This document shows, piece after piece, positions 34,026 through 44,093 of a DNA stretch of 64,000 nucleotides. This DNA comes from an uncultured Solirubrobacteraceae bacterium (lineage in GTDB: Bacteria > Actinomycetota > Thermoleophilia > Solirubrobacterales > Solirubrobacteraceae): assembly GCA_963704735.1 (NCBI GenBank), contig OY969935.1, forward strand, positions 1,847,476 to 1,911,475. The letters are read 5' to 3'. The position numbers and the translations under genes are program-made. Under the pieces are notes generated by a model that saw only the letters and a program-made list of their open reading frames with translations, was not told the DNA's origin and searched no databases. Position 1 is the first letter of the stretch. Each line of letters begins with the position of its first letter.

Positions 34026-35465
34026 TCATTTGCCGAGGCGCCGCGGGAGAGCCTGCGGCTCGCGCAGGCCGGGAGCGTCATCGAGCCTGCCGTCGCGGAA
34101 GGCAACGCCCTCGACGGCGTCGCCGTCGAGGGCCCCGTCGTCGTTGACTGCGCGCATCAGCTCGCCGACGAGATACACCGAGCCCGTCACGAGAACCGCG
34201 CCCCCGCGCCGGCCCGCCCACAGTCGGGCCTGCGCCAGCGCCTGCAACGGGGCCGGCTCGCAGGCGACCGCCTCGAAGCCGAGCTGACGTGCGAGCGACT
34301 GAAGGGCGGCGGGCGAGAGCGCGCGCTCGCTTGGCGGGGCCGTGAACCACGCGCGCTCGCACAGACCCAAGAGCGAGGAGAGCATGGTTGCGGCGTCCTT
34401 GTCCTCGAGCACGCCGAGCACGAGCGCCGTCGGTCGCTCGAGCAGGATCCCCGGGAGCGACTCCACCAGCGCCGCGACGGCATCGGGGTTGTGCGCGCCG
34501 TCGAACACGGTCAGCGGGTCGCGGTCGACCAGCTGCAGACGCCCCGGCACGGCGGTCGACGCCGCCGCGTCGCGCAGCGCACGCTCGTGGGCCTCGCCAT
34601 GCGCCGGGACGTCTTCGATCTGCGAGCGCTCACCGTCGGCCGCGATCAGCTCCAGGTAAGCCTCCGCGGCCGCGCGCGCGAGCGCGAAGTTGCGTTGCTG
34701 AAACGTCCCCCGTGCCAGCAGCGGCGGCACCGGGGGGTCGCTCGAGACCCGCACCACACACGCGCCCTGCTCGGCCGCCACGTTCTCCGCCACGCTGAGC
34801 GCCGGCGCCGCCAGATCGGCCCCGAGCACGAGCGTCGTGCCGGGCTCGAGGACCGCGAGCTTCTCGCCCGCGATATCCGTCAAGGTCGGCCCCAGCCAGC
34901 GCGTGTGCTCGAGCCCCACGTTCGTCAGCGCGGTCAGCCGCGAGCAGACCACGTTCGTCGCGTCATAGCGGCCGCCGAGCCCGGCCTCGACGACGGCCAC
35001 CTCAACTTCCTGCCGGGCCATCTCCCAGAGCGCCGCGGCCGTGAGCAGTTCGAACTGGGTCACGTGATCGTCGTCGGTGAGCGTCCGGTTGACCCGCTCG
35101 GCCGCCCAGGCCGCTCGCGAGATCGCCGCGGCAAAAGCGTCGCTGTCGAGGTCGCCCTCGCCGACCTGCACGCGCTCGGTGTAGGACTTCAGATGAGGTG
35201 AGGTGTAGGCGCCGGTGCGCAGTCCGTGGCGCTCGAGGATCGCCGCGATCATGCGCGTGGTCGAAGACTTCCCGTTGGTGCCGACGACGTGGATCGTGTC
35301 GAAGCGCTGCTGAGGAGAGCCCAGCGCGGTCATCATCCGCCGCATCCGGTCGAGACCGAACCGCATCCCGAACAGCTCGAGCGAGCGCAGCTGGCGTTCG
35401 GCCTGCGCCTCGTTCGACAGGCTGTCCGTCTTCTCGCCGGGACGGGCTGGCGCCGATCGCCTCAG
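34026..35465 (-). CDS. folC: Folylpolyglutamate/dihydrofolate synthase; start uncertain (CTG 35465 or ATG 35366)
   Basis: [39 protein letters not shown]. Confidence 0.95.
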   Translation of the reverse strand: MRRSAPARPGEKTDSLSNEAQAERQLRSLELFGMRFGLDRMRRMMTALGSPQQRFDTIHVVGTNGKSSTTRMIAAILERHGLRTGAYTSPHLKSYTERVQVGEGDLDSDAFAAAISRAAWAAERVNRTLTDDDHVTQFELLTAAALWEMARQEVEVAVVEAGLGGRYDATNVVCSRLTALTNVGLEHTRWLGPTLTDIAGEKLAVLEPGTTLVLGADLAAPALSVAENVAAEQGACVVRVSSDPPVPPLLARGTFQQRNFALARAAAEAYLELIAADGERSQIEDVPAHGEAHERALRDAAASTAVPGRLQLVDRDPLTVFDGAHNPDAVAALVESLPGILLERPTALVLGVLEDKDAATMLSSLLGLCERAWFTAPPSERALSPAALQSLARQLGFEAVACEPAPLQALAQARLWAGRRGGAVLVTGSVYLVGELMRAVNDDGALDGDAVEGVAFRDGRLDDAPGLREPQALPRRLGK

Positions 35466-36742
35466 GCCGACTCCTCACGCAGCGACGAGTCGTCGGCGTC
35501 TTCGGGCGCGGCTTCGGTGACGAGCGTCGGCGTGAGGCCCTTTTCGACCGTCTCCTTGGTCACCACGCACTTCTTCACGTCGCGGCGCGAGGGCAGCTCG
35601 AACTGCACCTCCAGGAGGATCTCCTCGATGATCGAGCGCAGCCCGCGCGCCCCGGTTTCCCTCGCGAGACCCTTCTCGGCGACCGCCGTGAGCGAGTCCT
35701 CGGAGAACACCAGCTCGATGCCGTCGAAGGAGAAGAAGCGCTGGAACTGCTTCACGAGCGCGTTGCGGGGCTCGACGAGGATCGAGACGAGGTCGTCGCG
35801 CGTGAGCTGGTGCACCGCGGACATCACCGGGAGACGGCCGATGAACTCGGGGATCAGGCCGTACTCGATCAGATCCTCGGGCAGGCAATGCTCGAACACC
35901 TCGCCCGTGTCGCGCTCGGCCTTGGCCTCGATCGCCGCCGCGAAGCCCACCCCCTTGTGCCCGATGCGGCGCTCGATGACCTTGTCCAGGTTGGCGAATG
36001 CGCCCCCGCAGATGAACAGGACGTTGGTGGTGTCGATCGTCAGGAACTCCTGGTGGGGGTGCTTGCGACCCCCCTGCGGCGGCACCGACGCCTGCGTGCC
36101 CTCGAGGATCTTCAGGAGCGCCTGCTGCACCCCCTCGCCGGAGACGTCGCGAGTGATCGACGGGTTGTCGGCCTTGCGCGCGATCTTGTCGACCTCGTCG
36201 ATGTAGATGATTCCCGTCTCCGCCTTCTTCACGTCGTAATCGGCGGCCTGGATCAGCTTGAGCAGGATGTTCTCGACGTCCTCGCCGACGTATCCCGCCT
36301 CGGTGAGCGCGGTCGCGTCGGCGATCGCAAACGGCACGTTCAGGATCCGCGCGAGCGTCTGGGCGAGCAGCGTCTTGCCGCACCCGGTGGGTCCGAGCAG
36401 CAGGATGTTGGACTTCTGAAGCTCGATGTCCGACTCGCCGGACATCATCATCTGGACGCGCTTGTAATGGTTGTAGACGGCCACCGACAGCGTGCGCTTG
36501 GACGGGTCCTGTCCGACCACGTAGTCGTCCAGGACGTCGTAGATTTCGCGAGGCTTGGGCAGGTTCTCGAGGTCGAACGCCGGCGGCGCGGACAGCTCCT
36601 CGTCGATGATCTCGTTGCACAGGTCGATGCACTCGTCGCAGATGTACACGCCCGGACCCGCGATCAGCTTCTTGACCTGTCGCTGGGACTTGCCGCAGAA
36701 GCTGCACAGCAGCTGCTCGTTGGAATCTGTGGGTCTGGCCAT
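35462..36742 (-). CDS. clpX: ATP-dependent Clp protease ATP-binding subunit
   Basis: CSFCGK zinc domain, [21 protein letters not shown] loop. Confidence 0.99.
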   Translation of the reverse strand: MARPTDSNEQLLCSFCGKSQRQVKKLIAGPGVYICDECIDLCNEIIDEELSAPPAFDLENLPKPREIYDVLDDYVVGQDPSKRTLSVAVYNHYKRVQMMMSGESDIELQKSNILLLGPTGCGKTLLAQTLARILNVPFAIADATALTEAGYVGEDVENILLKLIQAADYDVKKAETGIIYIDEVDKIARKADNPSITRDVSGEGVQQALLKILEGTQASVPPQGGRKHPHQEFLTIDTTNVLFICGGAFANLDKVIERRIGHKGVGFAAAIEAKAERDTGEVFEHCLPEDLIEYGLIPEFIGRLPVMSAVHQLTRDDLVSILVEPRNALVKQFQRFFSFDGIELVFSEDSLTAVAEKGLARETGARGLRSIIEEILLEVQFELPSRRDVKKCVVTKETVEKGLTPTLVTEAAPEDADDSSLREESA

Positions 36743-36786
36743 TTCCTGTCTCTCGCTAGCGAGTCTCGGTCCGTTCGATCTCCACG

Positions 36787-37371
36787 CTAGTGCTCGGAGA
36801 TCACGCGGTCGATGATTCCGTACTCCTTCGCCTCCTCGGAGCTCATGAAGTAGTCGCGATCGGTGTCTTTGCGCACGTCCTCGAGCTGCTTGTGGGTGTG
36901 CTTGGCGATGATCTCGTCGAGCCGTCGGCGCACGTCGATGATCTCTTTGGCGTGGATCTCGATGTCGGTGGCCTGCCCTTCAAAGCTCGAGGAGACCTGG
37001 TGGATCAGGATCTTGGCGTTGGGCAACGCCATCCGCTTGCCCTCCGCGCCCCCCGCCAGCAGAAGCGCGCCCATCGACATCGCGATGCCCACGCATATCG
37101 TCTGCACGTCGGGCTTGACGAACTGCATCGTGTCGTAGATCGCCAGTCCCGCGTACACCGACCCCCCCGGGGAGTTGATGTAGACGGAGATGTCCTTCTC
37201 CGGGTCCTCGGACTCCAGATGGAGCAGCTGAGCCACGATCAGGTTCGCGATCTGATCGTCGACGGGCGTGCCGAGGAAGATGATCCGCTCGTTCAGCAGG
37301 CGGCTGTAGATGTCGAATGCACGCTCGCCGCGCGAGGTCTGCTCGACGACCATTGGGACAAGTGGGCTCAT
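36787..37371 (-). CDS. clpP: Clp protease proteolytic subunit
   Basis: [37 protein letters not shown]. Confidence 0.98.
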   Translation of the reverse strand: MSPLVPMVVEQTSRGERAFDIYSRLLNERIIFLGTPVDDQIANLIVAQLLHLESEDPEKDISVYINSPGGSVYAGLAIYDTMQFVKPDVQTICVGIAMSMGALLLAGGAEGKRMALPNAKILIHQVSSSFEGQATDIEIHAKEIIDVRRRLDEIIAKHTHKQLEDVRKDTDRDYFMSSEEAKEYGIIDRVISEH

Positions 37372-37418
37372 AGTCCTCGCTTTGGTTTCACTTCGTCGGC
37401 CAGATTCCTCTAGGAAGG

Positions 37419-38882
37419 CTAGCTGGCCGGTCGCTGATCGGTCGGTGTCCACAGCCGTCCGGGCGCAGCCGAGGGATCCCGTTCGCCCTGAACCTTCTCC
37501 GGCGTCCACAGCTGCTCGCGCGCCTGCGCCTGGGCCACGCTGACGGGCGTGGCCCTGTCCCCGATCAGCTTGATCGCCTCCCGTGCGGCGAGCTCCTCGC
37601 GCACCTCCTCCAGACGCCCGCGTCCCCGCAGGTCCTCGAGCAGCTTCTCCGGCTCGACGCCCTCCCGCTCGGCGGTCGGCGCGATTGCCTCGATCAACTC
37701 CTGCTCGGATGGGCTGATGCCCTCGGCGGCAACGACCGCCGTCAGCACCGCCTCGCGGCGCAGGGCCCGCTCGGCTTCGGGCTCCATCTCGGCGAGGATC
37801 TCCTGCTGCTCGCGACCGACGATCTGCAGATAGGCCTCGCGCGAGATCCCGCGGTGGGAGAGCGAGTGGAGCATCCGCTCCCACATCTCATGCGCGCGCG
37901 CCTTGATCAGCTCGGGCGTGAGCCCCACGCGCGCTCTCGCGACGGCCGCGTCAAGCGCGGCCTCGCGAAACTCGGCCTCTACGCGTTCTTCCTCGAGCGA
38001 GACCAGGCGGCGAAGGACGTCCTCGCGCAGCTCCTGCATGCTGTCGAAGCCGGCGTCGATCGCGAAGTCGTCGTCCTCGGCGGGAAGCTCCTTCAGCTTG
38101 ACCTCCTTGACCGTGACCTGGAAGGACGCTCCCCGTCCGGCGAGATCCCCATTGCCGTAGTCGGCGGGGAAGGTCACCTCCACGGCGCGCGTCTCCCCGG
38201 CCGCGGCTCCTAGCAGGCCCTCCTCGAAGCCGGGGATCAGGTTCCCGGCGCCCAGCTCGAGGAGCTGATCACGGCCCTCGCCGCCGGGCAGCGGCGCGGG
38301 CGGCCCGCCGGCGGTCGACCCCTCCGCGGCGGGTGCATCGGGCGCGGCGAGCGTGCCGACGTAGTCGACGACGACGAAGTCGCCCTCCGCCGCCGGTCGC
38401 TCGGCCGTCTGAAGGCGTGCGAGGCGCTCGCGCATCGCGTCGATCTCCTGCTGGATCTGCTGCTCCCCCACGGCGGGCTCGCGGCGCGCGACCTCAAGAC
38501 CCTCGTAGGCGCCCAGCTCGGCCTTGGGAAGAACCCCGATCTCGATCGAGAACTCGAGCGCCTCGCCCTGCGGCGGCAGGTCGCCAAGGGCGACCTGCGG
38601 GTCGCCCACCGGGACGATGCCGGCGGTCTCGATCGCGTCGGAGTACCAGCTCGAGAGCGTGTCCCGCACCGCTCCCTCGAGAACGGTCTCCCGGCCGATC
38701 CGCTGAATCACCAGGGGCGCCGGCACCTTGCCGCGGCGGAAGCCGGGAAGCTTCAGCTCGCGGCCCAGCTCGTGCGCCTTGTGCTCGAGCCGGCCCTCGA
38801 CCTCGCTCGAGGGCACCCGGACCTGCAAACGCACGCGCGAGTCCGGAAGCTCCGTCACGGTGGTCTTCACGGCAACCGGCAT
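37419..38882 (-). CDS. tig: Trigger factor
   Basis: PGFRRGKVP ribosome-binding motif, FKBP domain ([13 protein letters not shown]); upstream of clpPX. Confidence 0.96.
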   Translation of the reverse strand: MPVAVKTTVTELPDSRVRLQVRVPSSEVEGRLEHKAHELGRELKLPGFRRGKVPAPLVIQRIGRETVLEGAVRDTLSSWYSDAIETAGIVPVGDPQVALGDLPPQGEALEFSIEIGVLPKAELGAYEGLEVARREPAVGEQQIQQEIDAMRERLARLQTAERPAAEGDFVVVDYVGTLAAPDAPAAEGSTAGGPPAPLPGGEGRDQLLELGAGNLIPGFEEGLLGAAAGETRAVEVTFPADYGNGDLAGRGASFQVTVKEVKLKELPAEDDDFAIDAGFDSMQELREDVLRRLVSLEEERVEAEFREAALDAAVARARVGLTPELIKARAHEMWERMLHSLSHRGISREAYLQIVGREQQEILAEMEPEAERALRREAVLTAVVAAEGISPSEQELIEAIAPTAEREGVEPEKLLEDLRGRGRLEEVREELAAREAIKLIGDRATPVSVAQAQAREQLWTPEKVQGERDPSAAPGRLWTPTDQRPAS

Positions 38883-38907
38883 CCCCGCCACGATACCGTG
38901 CCGATCC

Positions 38908-39063
38908 GTGAGCCCGGAGCGACACTCCCCCACGCGCCGCAGGCGTGTGGAGACGTGGCTCTGGACGGGCCCAGCGGGCCACCTGGTGGGTGGCACACTG
39001 GACTTCGTCGCTGCTCTGGCGCGCCATCTGCTCGCGCGAGCGCGCCGGCGATCAGCTCCCTGA
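38908..39063 (+). CDS. Putative 51-aa small protein, leaderless
   Basis: GTG 8 nt after TACCGT; MSPERHSPTRRRRVETWLWTGPAGHLVGGTLDFVAALARHLLARARRRSAP; fills the tig-usp gap. Confidence 0.55.
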   Translation: MSPERHSPTRRRRVETWLWTGPAGHLVGGTLDFVAALARHLLARARRRSAP

Positions 39064-39115
39064 GAGAGCCCTCGACGGAGCGCTCAGGCGGCCGGCGGCG
39101 GCGCGTCCGACGCGG

Positions 39116-39811
39116 CTAAGCGATGGCCCGGGCCGTGGTCCCGCCGAACTGGAGAACCACGCCGCGAGGAACGACGAGCACCGGGCAGGTGGCGATCTCG
39201 ATCAGGTGCATCGCCGAGGCGTGGAGCAGCACCCGGCCCGGGGCCGCCTCGGGGCGCGAGTCGATGACGAGCATGTCGGCCTCCTCGTTGGCGACGGGTG
39301 CGAGCGTCGCTCCGAGCGCCTGCGCGAGCGACTGGGCGGTCTCCTCGGCCCCACCGCCGCCGTCCCCGACGGCGACCACCTTCTGCAAGCGGAAGTCCCG
39401 CTCGTCGCCGAGATCGGCCGGCGCGATCGCGATCGCCTCCTGACCACCGTCGAGCAGCCGTGTGGAGGAGTTGCCGGGGCCGATGTGGCCTTTCGCGGTG
39501 TGCGAGTCCGAGCAGAACACGATCACGTCAGCGCCGATTTCCTCGGCGAGCCTGCTCAACGCCTCTGGAGTCGAGCGGCCCGTGACGACGTGTGTGCCGG
39601 CCGCAGGAATCCCGAGCAGCTCGACGCCGCGCTGGACCAGCGTCTCGGCATCCTTCCTGGCGCGTTCCTCGGCCTCGGGGTCCGGCTCCTCGGTGTGACG
39701 TACGTAGGCGAGCGACACCTCGGCGCCGGCTTGGCCGAACAGCCGCCCGAGGGCTACTGCGTCGTCCTCGTTGGCGGTCCCGTCGTAGGAAACGATGATC
39801 TTGGTGGACAT
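39116..39811 (-). CDS. Universal stress protein family
   Basis: KIIVSYDGT, ADVIVF, C-terminal ATCPVLVVP. Confidence 0.85.
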   Translation of the reverse strand: MSTKIIVSYDGTANEDDAVALGRLFGQAGAEVSLAYVRHTEEPDPEAEERARKDAETLVQRGVELLGIPAAGTHVVTGRSTPEALSRLAEEIGADVIVFCSDSHTAKGHIGPGNSSTRLLDGGQEAIAIAPADLGDERDFRLQKVVAVGDGGGGAEETAQSLAQALGATLAPVANEEADMLVIDSRPEAAPGRVLLHASAMHLIEIATCPVLVVPRGVVLQFGGTTARAIA

Positions 39812-39889
39812 GGCTCTTCTCCTATCGCGTTTCAGTGCTTTGTGGTTCCGAAGATCGGCTTGCTCATATTGCCATTTCCGCACCCATCA

Positions 39890-39930
39890 GTATCAATGAA
39901 CTTCATGATGGTAGATATAATCTCTACTAA
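39890..39930. promoter_or_regulatory. AT-rich divergent control region with a LysR-type dyad
   Basis: ATCA-N10-TGAT enclosing ATGAA-C-TTCAT, plus GTAGA-N7-TCTAC, between usp and the LysR gene. Confidence 0.5.
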
Positions 39931-39958
39931 TGGTTTGCCCAGAGGGCGACGATCCCCG

Positions 39959-40882
39959 ATGCTGAACGTAGGCCGGCTGCGGGTCCTCAAGGAGGTGGCC
40001 TACAGGGGCTCGCTCTCCGGCGCGGCCGAGGCTCTCTCCTACAGCCAGTCGGCGATCTCCCAGCAGATCGCGGCGCTCGAGGCCGAAGCCGGGATGACGC
40101 TCCTCGAGCGCCACGCGCGGGGCGTCAGCCTGACGGCCGCGGGCCAGACCCTCGTAGGGCACGCCGAGGGGATCCTCGCGCGCCTCGAGGCGGCCGAGTC
40201 GGCGCTGTCGGCGATCTCCGGCATGCGCGGTGGCCGGCTGCGGGTCGCGTCGTTCCCAAGCGCCGGCGCCACGCTGATGCCGCTGGCGATCGCCACGTTC
40301 CGCGCCGCCTACCCGGATGTCGAGCTGACCCTCACCGAGGGCGAGCCCGAGGCGATCGTGCCGCGCCTGCGCGCGGGCGAGCTCGATCTGGCGCTCCTGT
40401 TCGAGTTCGCCGGCGAGGATGCGCTGGACGAGGGCATGACCAGGGTCGAGCTGCTCGAGGACCCGATGTACCTGGCGCTCCCCCGCGATCACGCCCTCGC
40501 TCAGAGAGAGCGCCTGCGGCTGCGCGACCTCAAGGCCGAAGCATGGGTGCAGACCTCGCTGTCGAGCCCCTGCGCGCGCCACGTCGTTCGCTGCTGCCAC
40601 GAGGCCGGTTTCGAGCCCGACGTGTCGTTCGAGAGCGACGACTACCAGACGATCCAGGGCCTGGTGGCCACCGGCGTAGGGGTCGCCCTGATCCCCGAGC
40701 TCGCCCTGTCGGCGGTACGCGAGGACATCACGATCCGCACCCTCTCCCCCGCCCCCCCGGTCCGTCAGGTGATCGCCGCCGCCCCGGTCGGCGGCCGCCT
40801 CGTCCCGGCCACTCCGGCGATGCTGGGAATCCTCGAACAGGCCGCCACCGCCTATGAGGCGCTGAAAGAGTCAGCCGCGTAG
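39959..40882 (+). CDS. LysR family transcriptional regulator
   Basis: GSLSGAAEALSYSQSAISQQIAALE, LTAAG, substrate-binding domain. Confidence 0.96.
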   Translation: MLNVGRLRVLKEVAYRGSLSGAAEALSYSQSAISQQIAALEAEAGMTLLERHARGVSLTAAGQTLVGHAEGILARLEAAESALSAISGMRGGRLRVASFPSAGATLMPLAIATFRAAYPDVELTLTEGEPEAIVPRLRAGELDLALLFEFAGEDALDEGMTRVELLEDPMYLALPRDHALAQRERLRLRDLKAEAWVQTSLSSPCARHVVRCCHEAGFEPDVSFESDDYQTIQGLVATGVGVALIPELALSAVREDITIRTLSPAPPVRQVIAAAPVGGRLVPATPAMLGILEQAATAYEALKESAA

Positions 40883-40919
40883 GCCTCACGTCCGCGACGG
40901 ATGTCACTCTGATGGATCC

Positions 40920-42242
40920 ATGTCCGCCCTGCCATTGATCCTCGGCGTGCTCCTCGGCGGCGCCTGCGCTGTTCTGCTCGTGCGCGCCAGACCCGACCGC
41001 CAGCGGATGCACGACGAGCTGAAGGCGATCTCCGTCGATGTGCTCGCGCAGACCGGCGAGTCGCTGGCCCAGCGGCTCGCCGACCAGCGCCGCCTGGAGG
41101 AGGAGCGCGCCGCAGGCGAGATGGCCCGGCGCGCGGAGGAGATCAAGGGGCTCGTGACGCCGGTCAACGAGAAGCTCGGCAGGATGGAGAGCGAGATCGG
41201 ACGCCTCGAGCGCGAGCGCAGGCAGGCGCAGGGCGAGCTCGCGCAGATGGTTCGCCAGCTCAACGACGGCGTCGGGACGCTCAGGGAGGAGACCGGGAAC
41301 CTGGTCTCGGCGCTGAGGCGGCCCGCGACACGTGGCTCCTGGGGAGAGATCCAGCTGCGCAACGTGGTCGAGATGGCCGGCATGGTCTCCCACTGCGACT
41401 TCGTCGAGCAGACCACGATCCACACCGAAGACGGTCAGCTGCGACCCGACATGCTGGTGCGCCTCCCGGGCGGGAAGCTGATCGTGGTCGACTCGAAGGT
41501 CCCGCTCGACGCCTACCTGTCGGCGCTCGAGGCCTCGACCGAGGACGAGCGCGAGCTGCACGTCACGCGTCACGCGGCGCAGACCCACGAGCACATCACC
41601 CGACTGGCCTCGAAGGGCTACCAGCACCAATTCGATTCGACGCCCGAGTTCGTCGTGATGTTCGTGCCCTCGGACGGCATCTATCAGGCGGCCCTCGCCG
41701 CGGACCCGGCGCTGATCGAGTACGGGGTCCAGCAGCAGGTGCTGATGGCGACCCCCACCACACTGATCGGCCTGCTGTGGGCGGTTCACTACGGCTGGCG
41801 CCAGGAGCTGATCGCCGAGTCCGCTCGCGAGATCGCCGAGTCCGCGCGAGAGCTTCACCGCCGGCTCGGCCGCTTCGTCGAGCCGCTGGCCAAGATCGGA
41901 CGGCAGCTCGACTCGGCCGTCGGCGCCTACAACGAGGCGGTCGGCTCGTTCGACCACCGCGTCGTGCCTCAGGTGCGACGCATCGAGCAGGCAGGTGCGG
42001 CCTCCGAGCGCGAGATGCTGACCCCGGCCGCGATCGAGACCGGCGCGCGCGCGGTCACCGCGCGGCTGGATGCCCAGCCCGAGAAGTCGGCACTCGATCG
42101 GCCGGCCCCGCCGGCTGAGCGGGAGCCGTGGGGCCCCATCCAGGTGGGCCGCGGTCGCTCGTCTCTGAGCGCGACGGCGCTCGACCCGGCGCGCTCAGAG
42201 ACGGTCTCCAACGGCGCGAAGCCAGGAGAATCAGCAGCGTGA
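40920..42242 (+). CDS. rmuC: DNA recombination protein RmuC
   Basis: RGSWGEIQL, RPDMLVRLP, VDSKVP, FVVMFVP, TPTTL. Confidence 0.94.
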   Translation: MSALPLILGVLLGGACAVLLVRARPDRQRMHDELKAISVDVLAQTGESLAQRLADQRRLEEERAAGEMARRAEEIKGLVTPVNEKLGRMESEIGRLERERRQAQGELAQMVRQLNDGVGTLREETGNLVSALRRPATRGSWGEIQLRNVVEMAGMVSHCDFVEQTTIHTEDGQLRPDMLVRLPGGKLIVVDSKVPLDAYLSALEASTEDERELHVTRHAAQTHEHITRLASKGYQHQFDSTPEFVVMFVPSDGIYQAALAADPALIEYGVQQQVLMATPTTLIGLLWAVHYGWRQELIAESAREIAESARELHRRLGRFVEPLAKIGRQLDSAVGAYNEAVGSFDHRVVPQVRRIEQAGAASEREMLTPAAIETGARAVTARLDAQPEKSALDRPAPPAEREPWGPIQVGRGRSSLSATALDPARSETVSNGAKPGESAA

Positions 42243-42972
42243 GGGCGACCGGCACGGTCGCCGGGAGCTCGTTCACGAAGAAGAACAGCAGATCGAACGC
42301 CAGCGCCAGCGCCGCCGTGAGGATCGCCGCACGCAGCTGGAGCGACCTTCCCGCGGTGACGGCGAGCAGGCCCCCCAGCGCTCCGGCGACGAACAGGTCG
42401 CCGAACCCCATCGTCGCGGAGCCGAGAACCGCGCTCTGCAGCCTCGGCAGGCCCGCCGCGGGGTGGGCGGCGTTCAGGGCGTTGTTGGGGCGCTGCAGGA
42501 GGTCCGACACAACGAGCGCCGCATCGGCGGCGGCCATCGCCACGATGCCCGCCGCCAGCCACCGCGGCGGCGTTACGGCCGCGAGCAGCACACCCAGCGT
42601 CACACAGCTGAGCGCGGAGAGGATGAGCGCCGCCGCATCCCCCGCGATGCCGCCGCGGTCGATCCACGCCAGCGCGAACAGGGGCAGGACGAGCAGCGCG
42701 ATCGCCGGTCGCGCGCCGTGTGCGAGCCAGCCGAGGGCGATCGCCGCGAGCACCGGTACGGCGCACAGCGCGAGATACGTGAGCCCCTGGGCGCTCTGGC
42801 GTTCGGCCGCGCGGACGACGAACACGAAGACGATGACCGACGCCGGCGGTATCGCGGCCCAACGGCGGCCGGACAGTCGAGCAAGCCACCGAGCGTCAAG
42901 CGTCCCGGCAACCCCGACGAGAGCTCCCTGGGCCAGCGAGAGCAGCGCGATCGACAGCCAGAAGGGCAGCAT
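42055..42972 (-). CDS. Multi-pass membrane protein, putative GxGD (presenilin/SPP-like) aspartyl protease
   Basis: About 9 hydrophobic segments; intramembrane Asp (AAADAAL), MGFGD, LPAT before the last helix. Confidence 0.65.
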   Translation of the reverse strand: MLPFWLSIALLSLAQGALVGVAGTLDARWLARLSGRRWAAIPPASVIVFVFVVRAAERQSAQGLTYLALCAVPVLAAIALGWLAHGARPAIALLVLPLFALAWIDRGGIAGDAAALILSALSCVTLGVLLAAVTPPRWLAAGIVAMAAADAALVVSDLLQRPNNALNAAHPAAGLPRLQSAVLGSATMGFGDLFVAGALGGLLAVTAGRSLQLRAAILTAALALAFDLLFFFVNELPATVPVALTLLILLASRRWRPSLSAPGRAPSRSETSDRGPPGWGPTAPAQPAGPADRVPTSRAGHPAAR

Positions 42973-43046
42973 TACCGCTCAACATAGATAGTCGCGTCCG
43001 TGTCCGAGCGGATTGCGCACTTGGAGGTTGCGATACAAGACAGCTC

Positions 43047-44036
43047 ATGAAACGCTGGGACTGGACATGGGAGGAGCCTCGCTCCAAGGCGCTGCCCCGG
43101 CGAGAGCCGAGCCCGGACAGCGCCGCAGAGGGCTCCGGCGGCTCCTGGCCGGCCCCGGCCGGGATCGTTCACCGCCGCCGCCGCGTGGCGGCGGTCGTGG
43201 CCGTCCTCGCGATTCTCGCCGTGCTGTCGCTCGCGCTCGCCCCCCACGGCAAGGGCAGAGCCGACCGCTCGGCGACCGGCACGAGCCCCGCCGGCCGCCA
43301 CCTCGCCGCTGCGCCGCTGAGCCCCGCCCAGCAAAAGGCGCGTGCCTATGCAGCCGAGGAACGAGCAGTCAACGCGGTGCTCTCCTACACGCCCGCGGTC
43401 ACGGCAGGGGGATCGAGCGGACACGAGCTCGCGCTCACGTTCGACGACGGGCCCGGCCCCTACACCGCGCGCCTGGTGGACACGCTGAACGCGCTCCATG
43501 TGCAGGCGACCTTCTTTGCGATCGGAGAGGAGGAGCGATACTTCTCGCAGGGAACGCTCCTCGAGCTGCGCTCCGGCGACACCGTCGGCGACCACACCGA
43601 GACTCACCCGATGATGGCGTCGCTCTCCGCGCACAACCAGTACGAAGAGCTGTTCGAACAGATCGCTCGCATCGAACTGCTCGACGGGCCACGGCCGCGC
43701 CTGTTCCGGCCCCCGTACGGCTCATTCGACAAGACCACCTTCAAGCTGCTGCACAAGCTGCACCTGCTGATGGTCCTGTGGTCGACCGACACGAAGGACT
43801 ACACGCTGCCGGGAGTCCAGGCGATCGTGCAGAGCGCGCTCGCCGGCGCCCACCCCGGAGCGATCATCCTGATGCACGACGCCGGCGGAGACCGCTCGGA
43901 GACGATCGCGGCGCTCCCGGCGATCGTCTCCGGTCTGCGCCGGCGGGGCCTTGAGCCCGTGACGGTCCCCCGCCTGCTGCTCGACGATCCGCCGCCACCC
44001 GGACAGCCGATCCCCACGAGCCTCGCCGGAGATTGA
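43047..44036 (+). CDS. Polysaccharide deacetylase (CE4/NodB), membrane-anchored
   Basis: LTFDDGP, HTETH, FRPPYG, DTKDY, IILMHD. Confidence 0.94.
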   Translation: MKRWDWTWEEPRSKALPRREPSPDSAAEGSGGSWPAPAGIVHRRRRVAAVVAVLAILAVLSLALAPHGKGRADRSATGTSPAGRHLAAAPLSPAQQKARAYAAEERAVNAVLSYTPAVTAGGSSGHELALTFDDGPGPYTARLVDTLNALHVQATFFAIGEEERYFSQGTLLELRSGDTVGDHTETHPMMASLSAHNQYEELFEQIARIELLDGPRPRLFRPPYGSFDKTTFKLLHKLHLLMVLWSTDTKDYTLPGVQAIVQSALAGAHPGAIILMHDAGGDRSETIAALPAIVSGLRRRGLEPVTVPRLLLDDPPPPGQPIPTSLAGD

Positions 44037-44093
44037 GAGACGCGCGCCGCGCGCTCACGAATCGGCCGGTCCCGCCCCGACGACGACCCGGTG

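Noticed and set aside
38945-39958. 645-aa LysR fusion ORF
   Set aside because: The N-terminal extension is the antisense shadow of the usp gene; the LysR HTH starts at 39959
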